64,000 nt of DNA, taken from positions 1,335 to 65,334 of the forward strand of contig JAKVBV010000011.1 in NCBI GenBank assembly GCA_022446965.1, given 5' to 3'. Source of the DNA: Phycisphaerales bacterium (GTDB taxonomy: Bacteria > Planctomycetota > Phycisphaerae > Phycisphaerales > SM1A02). The translations under genes were made by a program, and so were the position numbers. Every line of letters starts with the position of its first letter. Position 1 is the stretch's first letter. Shown here one piece after another: positions 28,145 through 37,265 of this stretch. The notes beneath the pieces were generated by a model. That model was given only the letters and a program-made list of their open reading frames with translations, was not told where the DNA came from and made no database searches.

Positions 28145-29328
28145 GACGTTGTCTCAAGGAGTTCGATGGCCAGCGCGCGTTGGGCGTCATCGTGCAGTTG
28201 ATCACGGGCTTGCAGGAGCAGTGGCCGCGCGTCATCGGGACGGTGCAGGTGGCGAATCAACAGGACACCGAGCATGAGACGAACCATCGGCGATTCGGGG
28301 TGGTCGCCATGATTGTCGAGCATGCGACGATAGGCATCGGCCGCTTCGGCATGGTGACCGCCAGCCTGCAGATGGTTGGCGAGATCCAGTTGAACTGGTG
28401 CGGACAGGCACGCATCGGGGAATCGATCGCACTCACGCATCCATCGCTGCATGCCACCCCTGCTGCGGCCGCTGTGCATGGCTGCTTCGACATCACGAAG
28501 CCAGGCGTGTTCTTCAATGACATCGTCCTGTGGAGCTCGATCGGCATCGTGCGGCACGGGAGTGGGTGGAGGCGGCGTGGGGGTTGTTAGCACGGCACGG
28601 GCGTGTTGTCGGCGTCGCCATTGCCGAAACAGCCACAAGGCATCCACGTCATCGCCTTTGGGACGCGTGCACAGCAGCAACAGCAGCCCGGCGCCAACGC
28701 CGCCGACGTAGCCTCCGAGGTGCGCGGCATATGCTGTGGTTGCCTTGCCGCCCCCTGCGAAGCCCACCAGATCGAGCACCACCCAGAAGCCGACCACCCA
28801 CAGTGACGGGATGGTCCAGATGCCAATGAGGATGAAGATCACCAACACGCGGATGTGCACTCTTGGCAGCAACATGGCGAAGGCGCCAACGAGGGCGCAC
28901 ACACTGCCGCTGGCCCCGATCACCGAGCCCGGTGAATCGAGCACTTGCGCCAGGCCGGCCACGATGCCGCCGCCGAGATAGACCCCGAGCAGCCCAACGT
29001 GGCCCAGTCGATCTTCCAGCGGGCGACCAAAGACCCACAGGCCAAGCATGTTGAAGGCCAAGTGCAGCAGCCGCCACAGGCCGCCGCCGGTGCCCGTGCC
29101 GGCGAAGGGGCTGTCATGGGCGAACTGATAGGTGAGGAAGGTCCATGGCTCGGTCCAGGCGGTGGTCTGTGCCAGCGACATGGCATCCACGAGCGCCGCG
29201 GCACTGTCCGGCGACTGAAGGCCGATCAGCAGCACCAGCACCTGAGCGGCAACGGTGACCACCAAGAGCGTTTCACACGCGCGTGGTCGCCGACGGAGCG
29301 GTCGATCAGTGCCCAATGGCAGCAGCAT
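28141..29328 (-). CDS. rhomboid family intramembrane serine protease with helical (TPR-like) C-terminal domain
   Basis: 'LLHLAFNMLGLWVFG', 'GASGSVCALVGAF' (GxSG catalytic Ser) and 'AHLGGYVGG' (catalytic His). The stop overlaps the trpF start (ATGA). Confidence 0.85.
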   Translation of the reverse strand: MLLPLGTDRPLRRRPRACETLLVVTVAAQVLVLLIGLQSPDSAAALVDAMSLAQTTAWTEPWTFLTYQFAHDSPFAGTGTGGGLWRLLHLAFNMLGLWVFGRPLEDRLGHVGLLGVYLGGGIVAGLAQVLDSPGSVIGASGSVCALVGAFAMLLPRVHIRVLVIFILIGIWTIPSLWVVGFWVVLDLVGFAGGGKATTAYAAHLGGYVGGVGAGLLLLLCTRPKGDDVDALWLFRQWRRRQHARAVLTTPTPPPPTPVPHDADRAPQDDVIEEHAWLRDVEAAMHSGRSRGGMQRWMRECDRFPDACLSAPVQLDLANHLQAGGHHAEAADAYRRMLDNHGDHPESPMVRLMLGVLLIRHLHRPDDARPLLLQARDQLHDDAQRALAIELLETTS

Positions 29329-29430
29329 GATCGGATTCTAGATACAATCGGGGCTTCAACTCACGTGCAGCCGGAGTGCCGGGTCTTCCCCGATGCTGCT
29401 AGTGCGCTCGTACAGGAAGGGCAGGATCTG

Positions 29431-30579
29431 ATGGCCGACGCAACGGCAGCGATGACCATGGACAAGGGACTGGACCACACCATCATTGGTGAGTCCACCA
29501 AGTCGTGGATTGACGGAACAAAGGGCGTTCTTGAGTACGTGGGCATCGACATCGATGATCTCGCCCGCAACTCGACCTTTGAAGAAACCTGCTTCCTGTT
29601 GTTCAACGACCGCCTGCCATCGCAGGCCGAGCTCGAGGCATTCACCGCCGATCTCCGCAGTCATTACGGCTTGTCGGAGTCGATGCTCGCCATGCTGCGC
29701 ACGTTCCCGTCGACCGCGTCGCCCATGCATGTGGTTGCCACGATGACCGCGGCGATGGCGTTTGAGGACAGCGCCTGCAACGACACGTCCCCAGAAGCCG
29801 AGATGAACAAGGCCCTGCGAATCATTGCCAAGACCCCGGCGGTGATCGCCACGTTCGACAGACTGCGCAAGGGGCTCGATCCGGTGCCCGCCGATGCGGC
29901 CAACTGCATTGCGGTCGACTTCCTGCACATGCTCAACGGTGAATTGCCTGGCGAAGCGACAGCTCGCGCTTTGGATGTGTGCCTGATTCTGCACGCTGAT
30001 CACGGCATCAACGCGTCCACCTTCGCCACCATGGTGTGTGTGGGTACGGAGAGCGACATGTACTCGGCCATCGCCGGTGCCGTTGGCACACTGCGTGGTC
30101 CGTTGCATGGTGGCGCCAATGAACGTGTGATGGCGGCACTCGAGCAGATTGGCGCTGTCGACGATGTCGAAGACTTCGTCATGGGCCGCCTCAGTCGCAA
30201 GGAAAAGGTGCCTGGGTTCGGCCACCGCGTCTACAAGGCGTACGACCCGCGGGCCACGTTCCTCAAGACTTTCGCCAAGGCCATCGCCGACGAAACCGGC
30301 AATGAAGCGTTGTACGAGAGGTCACGGGCGATCGAAGAAGTCATGGCACGCGAGGTGGGTGCCAAGGGCATTCATCCGAACGTGGACTTCTATTCTGCGA
30401 CCACGTACTTCTCCATGGGTCTGTCGATCGACCTCTTCACGCCGGTGTTCGCGCTCAGCCGCAATGCGGGCTGGGCGGCCCACGCCATGGAGCGTCGAGC
30501 TGACAACCGGTTGATTCGACCCCGATGTCAGTACACGGGTCCGCATGGTGCGGATTACGTGCCGATCGCTGATCGCTGA
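29431..30579 (+). CDS. gltA: citrate synthase (about 380-aa type)
   Basis: 'LILHADHGINAST', 'GPLHGGANE' and 'VPGFGHRVYKAYDPRA' are catalytic His/Asp motifs. ATG 29431; the track ORF is over-extended. Confidence 0.9.
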   Translation: MADATAAMTMDKGLDHTIIGESTKSWIDGTKGVLEYVGIDIDDLARNSTFEETCFLLFNDRLPSQAELEAFTADLRSHYGLSESMLAMLRTFPSTASPMHVVATMTAAMAFEDSACNDTSPEAEMNKALRIIAKTPAVIATFDRLRKGLDPVPADAANCIAVDFLHMLNGELPGEATARALDVCLILHADHGINASTFATMVCVGTESDMYSAIAGAVGTLRGPLHGGANERVMAALEQIGAVDDVEDFVMGRLSRKEKVPGFGHRVYKAYDPRATFLKTFAKAIADETGNEALYERSRAIEEVMAREVGAKGIHPNVDFYSATTYFSMGLSIDLFTPVFALSRNAGWAAHAMERRADNRLIRPRCQYTGPHGADYVPIADR

Positions 30580-30594
30580 TCGACGGCCCGAACG

Positions 30595-32844
30595 CTATTG
30601 CGTGTACAGCACCAGACGATCGTGCACCAGAAGCACGATGTCGTCGGCGCCGTCGCCATCGGTATCTGTGATCCAGGCCTGGCGGGGCTGATACTCGCGG
30701 CTGCTGCCGCCGCTGAACAAGCGTGATTCGAACACCGGGAATCCTGTGGCATGCAGCAGGCGGCCGCTGTCGGTGAACGTGAGGATGTCCAGCGTCTGTT
30801 CGCCCGCATCGAGCGAGACGATGTCGAGGTGGCCATCATTGTTGACATCGCCCACGCTGAGTTCGTGGGGCGTGTGGTCAGTGGTGTCGCTCCGCCAGGC
30901 CCCAACTTCACGCAACGTGGCCTGATTGCCAGCTCGTGTGATGGTGGCCATGGCATCGGTGCTCAGGGCCAGAATCGTGTCTGTTGCACTGTCCCGATGC
31001 AGCGGCGCGACGAGGAGGGCGTCTGGTTCCATGCCGGGGATCTCGATCGAGTCGGCTTGGGACCAGCCTGTGGCCGTGTCGGTGAACTCAAGCAGCGTGT
31101 GTGATCGATCGTCGGCAGCGACCAGGCCTGTTTCGGTGGCGGCGAGTGCCACCAGATCGGCATCGTCATCTGCCGCGTTGATCTGGGCAACCACCTGCCA
31201 GCCGGCCTCGCGGTCAAAGCGCAGCGAGCGGATGTAGTTGCGATCGGCCACGAAAAGTGCGCGGTGTCCTTCGGGGCCCGAGATGCGGGTGGTCATCGCT
31301 GCGGCGTCGCCGTCGCCGATGAGTCCGTATTGCGGCATGTCGTCCTTGGTGAGCACGGTCCAGTCGCCATCGGGGTCGTCCAGCACCAACACCATCGGGC
31401 GGTCGGGCGTGAGCAGCAGCAGGTCGTCGTGGCCGTCCTGATCGACATCGGCCACCACGATGTCCTGTGGTGCGCGGCTCAGTGCGCCGAGATCAACGTG
31501 AGCCGGGGTGCCTTGGCCATGTGGAATCAGTTGCAGTCGGTACTCACGACCCTTGTTGCGAACGATGGCAGTGTTCGTGGCCGTGACTGCCACAGCTTCG
31601 GGATCCCAGCCACGGCCATCGCCGATGGCGGTGGGGAATGCCAGGGCGCGTTCGCCTGCCAAGGGCGTGGCTCCGACGAAGGCCTCCTTGGACGACAGCA
31701 CGATGAGCTCGGCCGGGCGGTCGCCCTGGGCTGGTTTGATCGCCACGGCATTGACGTCAGCCACCGTGGGTGAGTCGACGGCGGGCAGCAGCCCGCCGTC
31801 GCAGTGCTGCTGATACACGGCGATGGCGCTGCCTTTGGCGTCGGCCACGAGAATGTCCAGCAGGCCGTCGTCGTTGACGTCGGCCACTGCGGCCGCTCGA
31901 TCCCGATTGCCTCGGTCACTGAAGCCGATCAGCTTCACATCGGGTTCGTCTTCGATCCGTGTGCGCTCGACGGCGTGCACCACGATGCGGCGGGATGGTC
32001 GTTCAATCACACCCAGCAGGGCGGCGTAGCGATCGTCGAGGCGGATGGGTTCGAACTCCACCAGCGGCGGCATGTCAAAGAGTGTCTGGCCTCCGATGGT
32101 GCGTTCGTCACCATCTTGGTTGGCGAACCAGATGCGTACCGGGGCACCGTCGTCGGGCGCGATGCCAGCGATGTCGGTGAGGCCGTCGCCGTCGTAGTCG
32201 GCGGGCACCACGGCAACGAGTTCCACACCGGCGGGGCGGCGCCGCATGGGACCGATGCGTGTGCCATCCATCGGCCACCAGGCCAGATCGCCGTCGACGA
32301 TGGACACCAGCTCATTGCCGGCGTCGCCTTCAAGATCCGCCAGCACGAATGACGCAGTGGATGCGGACAGGTCGCGAACGGTTTGATGTCGAGATTGCGT
32401 GAAGCCGCCCTCGTCATGCTGCACGAGTGCATTGATGCGACCGCCCTGGCCGGCAACGAGCAGATCCATGTCGCCGTCACCGTCGAGATCATCAGCGATC
32501 ACAGCTCGCACTTGATTGGTGACAGGGATCAGCACACGATCCCAGGCGGGATGCTCAGGGAAGGCATTCACAGTGGGGCCCGGTCCAGCATCGGCGCGTC
32601 GCTCATCCGCCGGCAGTTGTCGCAACAGTTCGATGCGGCTGCGGTGATTGTTGGCCACCACGAGATCCGTGAGGCCATCGCCGTCCATGTCCGCCGTGGT
32701 CATGGGTCCCGGGTCGTCGCCGATGGGCAGCACGTCCATGCCCGCGAAGCCGAAGTATTCGGCCAGCGCGGGTTGCTCCTGTCCCCAGGCAGGTGCAGTG
32801 AGGCTGAGGGCCAGGGTCAATGGCACGATGCGACGGTGGTTCAT
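30595..32844 (-). CDS. FG-GAP/VCBS repeat secreted protein
   Basis: Signal peptide 'LTLALSLTAPAWGQ'. At least 7 repeats of the type 'D.DGDG..D.VV' ('DMDGDGLTDLVV', 'DVNDDGLLDILV', 'DTDGDGADDIVL'). Confidence 0.8.
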   Translation of the reverse strand: MNHRRIVPLTLALSLTAPAWGQEQPALAEYFGFAGMDVLPIGDDPGPMTTADMDGDGLTDLVVANNHRSRIELLRQLPADERRADAGPGPTVNAFPEHPAWDRVLIPVTNQVRAVIADDLDGDGDMDLLVAGQGGRINALVQHDEGGFTQSRHQTVRDLSASTASFVLADLEGDAGNELVSIVDGDLAWWPMDGTRIGPMRRRPAGVELVAVVPADYDGDGLTDIAGIAPDDGAPVRIWFANQDGDERTIGGQTLFDMPPLVEFEPIRLDDRYAALLGVIERPSRRIVVHAVERTRIEDEPDVKLIGFSDRGNRDRAAAVADVNDDGLLDILVADAKGSAIAVYQQHCDGGLLPAVDSPTVADVNAVAIKPAQGDRPAELIVLSSKEAFVGATPLAGERALAFPTAIGDGRGWDPEAVAVTATNTAIVRNKGREYRLQLIPHGQGTPAHVDLGALSRAPQDIVVADVDQDGHDDLLLLTPDRPMVLVLDDPDGDWTVLTKDDMPQYGLIGDGDAAAMTTRISGPEGHRALFVADRNYIRSLRFDREAGWQVVAQINAADDDADLVALAATETGLVAADDRSHTLLEFTDTATGWSQADSIEIPGMEPDALLVAPLHRDSATDTILALSTDAMATITRAGNQATLREVGAWRSDTTDHTPHELSVGDVNNDGHLDIVSLDAGEQTLDILTFTDSGRLLHATGFPVFESRLFSGGSSREYQPRQAWITDTDGDGADDIVLLVHDRLVLYTQ

Positions 32845-32903
32845 GTCGGACTCCTGCTGAACATCCTAAGACTCTCACGGACACGGTGGCTACACTCGAT
32901 CGC

Positions 32904-33842
32904 ATGCGAATCTGCTGTGCCATCGTGTTTGTCGCCGTCTCGGTGGCCCCCGTCAACGCTGATGTCGTCGTGCTCGAATCGGGCAGCGAACTGCACGGCA
33001 CCGTGGTCAAGCAGAACGAGCATCGACTGTGGATTGATCTGGGCCCACAGATCATCGAAGTGAGCAACGCCGACGTTGCCGATGTGCGGATCGAAGGCAC
33101 CCCCGAAGCGGTGCGATCCACTCAGGATTCGCTGTTTCACACCGTCGAGAACCCGCCGGAATTGAGCGTTCGGCAGCAGGCGGCGCGCGTGAAGTCCAGC
33201 GTGGTGCTCGTGCGCACGCCGTCGGGTCTTGGCTCCGGAGTGATCGTCAACGATGACGGCTACGCCATCACCAATGCGCATGTCGTGCAGGGCGAACAGC
33301 AGTTGCGGGCAGTGGCGTGGATTCCACAGCCCGACGGCACACTCAAGCGAACGACGATCGAAGACGTGGAGATTGTCGCGATCAACAATCACCTCGATCT
33401 GGCGCTGCTGCGTGTGCCGCATCCGGAGGGCGGTACGTTTTCTTGGTCTCCGCTTGAACGATTTGAGACGATCGAAGTGGGGCAGCCTGTCTTCGCCATC
33501 GGCAACCCGCTCGGGCTGGAACAGACCACCAGTCAGGGCGTGATCTCCACGACACAGCGCAATTTTGAGGGGCTCAGTTACATCCAGACGGACGCAGCCA
33601 TCAATCCCGGCAATTCGGGCGGTCCGTTGTTCAACACTCGGGGCGAGGTGGTGGGCATCACCAATATGGGGATCACAGGTGGCGAGGCGTTGGGATTCGC
33701 CATCCCAGCACGCTATGTGAAGGACTTCATCCGCAATCGTGAGGCGTTCGCGTACGACACGTCCAATCCCAACGCCGGTCATATCTACAACCATCCTCCT
33801 GTGCGTCGTCGTCAAGGCACGGCGCCGCAACTGTCCAACTGA
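32904..33842 (+). CDS. trypsin-like (S1C) serine protease, no PDZ domain
   Basis: Signal peptide. 'GSGVIVNDDGYAITNAHVV' (His), 'DLALLRV' (Asp) and 'INPGNSGGPLFN' (Ser). Confidence 0.85.
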   Translation: MRICCAIVFVAVSVAPVNADVVVLESGSELHGTVVKQNEHRLWIDLGPQIIEVSNADVADVRIEGTPEAVRSTQDSLFHTVENPPELSVRQQAARVKSSVVLVRTPSGLGSGVIVNDDGYAITNAHVVQGEQQLRAVAWIPQPDGTLKRTTIEDVEIVAINNHLDLALLRVPHPEGGTFSWSPLERFETIEVGQPVFAIGNPLGLEQTTSQGVISTTQRNFEGLSYIQTDAAINPGNSGGPLFNTRGEVVGITNMGITGGEALGFAIPARYVKDFIRNREAFAYDTSNPNAGHIYNHPPVRRRQGTAPQLSN

Positions 33843-33859
33843 TACGAGAGCACATCACC

Positions 33860-35560
33860 ATGTCATCCATCAGGCTGTCACTGTCGACACTGTTCCTCAT
33901 TACGCCCGCGGCCCTGGCCGCCGATCTTCGGATCGAAACGGCACTGCCCGAACGGACGGCCATCGCCGTGTCGCTGACCGGTGGCGCCGATCTGCATGCA
34001 CGGCTGAGCGACGCAGGTGTGTTCGAGGCCATGGCCGGTGACGATGAAGACGCCCAGCAAGTTTGGGTCGATGCATTGATCGAACAGATGCCCGGCCCTG
34101 TGGCCGACGCCATCACACAGGCCATCGGTGACGAAGACCCATTTGCGGTGCTGTCGGCCATGGACATTGGTTTCGGCGCATGGCCCGCTGATGTCAAGGG
34201 ATTCGCCCTGCCCGCCGAGGGTGCAGCATGGATGAACCTCGGTGACAAGGCCGCGGAGCTTGGTGCCGCGATTGACGAGGCGCTCAACGCAGCACGACGC
34301 CAAGGCGATGCCGAGTCGACAACGGTGCGGGGCGTCGATGTTGACAAGTTCATCATCGGCGGGCCCGATGATCTGCTCTGCTTCGCACATGTCTCGCCTT
34401 GGTTGATCGCAGGTAGCACCGAGTCGGCCATGGACCACATGCTCGAAGTGCTGCAGGATGGACCGGCGGACACGCCATTGGGCGAAACCGAAGCCTGGGT
34501 GGAAGCCTCGGCCATGATGAAGGGCAACTCCGGCCTTCGTCTGGTGGCGTTCCCCGAGGTCATTCAAGATCTCTACCAACTGTCCCCGGATGGACAGATG
34601 CTCGGCATGATTCGACCGGTGACCGGAGCCGTGTTGGGGCAGCACGAAGTGATGTCGCTGCGGGTGTCACCCGGTGAAGGCGATCAGATTCTCAATCTCG
34701 ATGGTGGCTCATGGATGCCAGGCGGAGCGGTGGGTCTATTGTTGCCGTTCCAGCAGGGCAACATCGCAAGTGATGCCCAGCGCATGTTTGCTGGTCCCGA
34801 CACCGTGTCGGTGCTTCGCATGAACGTTGATTTGCCCGGGCTGCCGGACATCGTGGGGGCGATCATCAAGTCGTCGCCGATGTTGTTCATGGCGCAACAG
34901 CCTTGGGATCAGATGAAGCCGATGGTGGAGACCTTCGTCAAACCACTAGGTACACAGATCACGCAGATCAGTTGGATCGAACGGCCGATCACTGCGGACA
35001 GCATGCAGTCATTGTTCGCTGTGGACGTGCAGGATCGTCAGGCCATGGCCGATGCACTCAGCGGCACGCTCGCTGAGGCCGGATTCGAGTCCCGTGAATT
35101 CGTCGGGCACGAGATCTGGTCGATTACGACGGCAGGCATGTTGCCCGGCGCTCCTGATCAGACCACCGCAATGGCCGCAGCTGGCGGATTCCTGTTGTTC
35201 GGCACCGATGCGTCGGTGGAGTGGGCGCTGCGGCATCTCGGATCGCGAGCGGCGCAGCCAGACTGGTTGGTCGAGGCGCCCTCATCCGGAGACATGGCGG
35301 CTGTGATCTCGGGCGTCATGCACCTGGGCGACATGCTTGGCACGATTCAACGCATTGCCGAATTGGAGAATGCCAGAATCGCTCGGGCGTTGCAGGCTGA
35401 AGATCCAGAGCTGTGGGAGCTGCTCAGTGAAGACACCGGCGACACGGACGCATGGGAAGAAGCACAGCGGCTCGCGGGCGTGCTTGGTGTGTTGTCGTGG
35501 CAGGTGGATCGAGAGGACACCGCGATCACGATCAGCGCCACGGTGATCGCGGCGCCTTGA
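33860..35560 (+). CDS. hypothetical secreted protein
   Basis: Signal peptide 'LSTLFLITPAALAAD'. 566-aa acidic protein with no motif recognised. Confidence 0.6.
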   Translation: MSSIRLSLSTLFLITPAALAADLRIETALPERTAIAVSLTGGADLHARLSDAGVFEAMAGDDEDAQQVWVDALIEQMPGPVADAITQAIGDEDPFAVLSAMDIGFGAWPADVKGFALPAEGAAWMNLGDKAAELGAAIDEALNAARRQGDAESTTVRGVDVDKFIIGGPDDLLCFAHVSPWLIAGSTESAMDHMLEVLQDGPADTPLGETEAWVEASAMMKGNSGLRLVAFPEVIQDLYQLSPDGQMLGMIRPVTGAVLGQHEVMSLRVSPGEGDQILNLDGGSWMPGGAVGLLLPFQQGNIASDAQRMFAGPDTVSVLRMNVDLPGLPDIVGAIIKSSPMLFMAQQPWDQMKPMVETFVKPLGTQITQISWIERPITADSMQSLFAVDVQDRQAMADALSGTLAEAGFESREFVGHEIWSITTAGMLPGAPDQTTAMAAAGGFLLFGTDASVEWALRHLGSRAAQPDWLVEAPSSGDMAAVISGVMHLGDMLGTIQRIAELENARIARALQAEDPELWELLSEDTGDTDAWEEAQRLAGVLGVLSWQVDREDTAITISATVIAAP

Positions 35561-35563
35561 GGA

Positions 35564-36379
35564 TCAGGTCCACCCCAGCTGCAGGAACACTGCGGTGTAC
35601 AGCATGTCCACGATGATCACACTCACGATGGTCTGCACCACCGTGTCCGTGGTGGCCTTGCCCACGCCGGCGGCACCGCCACTGACCTTCAGTCCGTTGT
35701 AGCAGGCCAAACCGGCGAGCATGGTGGCGAACGTGGCGGCCTTGATCATGCCGGTCATGAAGTCCATCGTGCTCAGTTCGGTGAGCGTGTTGTCGATGTA
35801 GACCTGCCAGCTCACGCCAAATGCGGTGGTGGTGACGATCGCAGAAGCCAGAATGGCCATGATGTCGGCCATGACGGTGAGCACGAGCAGGCTCACGACG
35901 GTGGCGATCAAGCGGGGCAGCACCAGGAACCGAATCGGATTGAGGGCGTGCGATTCGAGCGCCTCGATCTCTTCACCGACCACCATCGTGCCCAGTTCCG
36001 CTGCGATCGAGGCACCGGCGAATCCTGTCAGCACGATGGCCGAAATCATCGGCCCAAGTTCGCGAGTGATCGCGATGGCGACGATGTTGGCGATGGACGC
36101 CTGTTGGCCGAATTGCTCCAGCGGGGGAAACATGGCCATGGCGAGAATCAGGCCGATGCAGCCACTGACCACCAGCACGATGCCGATCGACCGCGTACCG
36201 ATTCGCACGATCTGGGCGGAAATCGCCTGTCGGCCAAGGCGGACGTCGCCGCGCAGGCTGCGGAACAGCCATGTCATGGTGTTCACGGCGAGCAGCGTGG
36301 TGCCGCCCACGATGGACAGCATGCCAAGCGTGCGGCGGCCTAATTCTGCGATCAGGCGACGGGGCAACGCCCAACTCAC
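35564..36379 (-). CDS. mlaE: MlaE-family ABC transporter permease
   Basis: 'RELGPMISAIVLTGFAGASIAAELGTMVVGEEIEALE' is the MlaE/YrbE signature. GTG start overlaps the stop of the upstream STAS gene. Confidence 0.85.
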   Translation of the reverse strand: MSWALPRRLIAELGRRTLGMLSIVGGTTLLAVNTMTWLFRSLRGDVRLGRQAISAQIVRIGTRSIGIVLVVSGCIGLILAMAMFPPLEQFGQQASIANIVAIAITRELGPMISAIVLTGFAGASIAAELGTMVVGEEIEALESHALNPIRFLVLPRLIATVVSLLVLTVMADIMAILASAIVTTTAFGVSWQVYIDNTLTELSTMDFMTGMIKAATFATMLAGLACYNGLKVSGGAAGVGKATTDTVVQTIVSVIIVDMLYTAVFLQLGWT

Positions 36380-36729
36380 GTATCAGTCCCTAGGGCTGCG
36401 TCGAGGGTGTCGGCGATGGTGAAGATGGCATCCAGCCGGGAGATTTGGAAAATCGAGAGCACACGGTCACTCATGCCGCACAGGAGAAAGGCACTGTCCG
36501 CGCGGCGCGTTCGTTGCAGCCCCTCAACCAGCGTGGCCACACCGCTGGAGTCCATGTAGCCGACGCTTGTCAGGTCGACGATCGTGCGTGGCTTGGATTG
36601 GGCGATCGCTTGTTCCAGTGACGTTCGCAACATCGGCGACGATGACAAGTCCACGTCGCCCACCGGTCGCACGATGGCAGCCACGTCTGTGGATTCGACA
36701 TGCACGGCGAAGGTGTGGTCAGCGGACAT
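36376..36729 (-). CDS. STAS domain protein (anti-sigma-factor antagonist / MlaB-like)
   Basis: 'DLTSVGYMDSSGVATLVEGL' contains the phosphorylatable DSSG motif of SpoIIAA/RsbV-type STAS proteins. Confidence 0.85.
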   Translation of the reverse strand: MSADHTFAVHVESTDVAAIVRPVGDVDLSSSPMLRTSLEQAIAQSKPRTIVDLTSVGYMDSSGVATLVEGLQRTRRADSAFLLCGMSDRVLSIFQISRLDAIFTIADTLDAALGTDT

Positions 36730-37171
36730 CGTGTTCTCTCATGGTCACTTCTGGGCTGGTGGCCATGGTCTTGCGCAGGATCAACTGCATACCGCCTTCG
36801 GGCCGATGTGACCAGACGGCTTCGTCCATGGTTTCCTTCATCAGGTACACACCCAGACCGCCGGGGCGGACCTCATCCAATGGCCGGGAGCAGATGGACT
36901 CTAGCGGCACCTGGCGGGCGTTGTCTGTCAGGGTGAACTGCACGGTGGGGCCGTCGCGATGAAACTCGATCTCTATGCTACCGTCAGGGCTGTTGTCATA
37001 GCCATGGCGGATGATGTTGGCGATGGCCTCGTCCATGGCCAAGCCGACCGCGGCGAGTTCAGCCTCGGCACAGCCGGTGAGGCTGCACCAGGCTTCTACC
37101 GTGCGGCGCACGCACGACAGCAGGGCGGGCCTGCTCAGCAGGGTGATCCGGAGTGCACAGGCGTCGTCCAT
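36719..37171 (-). CDS. anti-sigma regulatory factor / Ser-Thr kinase (RsbW/SpoIIAB-like HATPase)
   Basis: '[13 protein letters not shown]' (N-box) and '[14 protein letters not shown]' (G-box). Overlaps the STAS start by 11 nt. Confidence 0.8.
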   Translation of the reverse strand: MDDACALRITLLSRPALLSCVRRTVEAWCSLTGCAEAELAAVGLAMDEAIANIIRHGYDNSPDGSIEIEFHRDGPTVQFTLTDNARQVPLESICSRPLDEVRPGGLGVYLMKETMDEAVWSHRPEGGMQLILRKTMATSPEVTMREHDVR

Positions 37172-37265
37172 CGGCGTTTCGCATCATAGCCCCGCTCGGT
37201 ACACTGGGCCGCTTTCCTGTCCAGCCCCGGTGCCACCTCTGGTGCCTCTGCCTGTGGAACGCACG

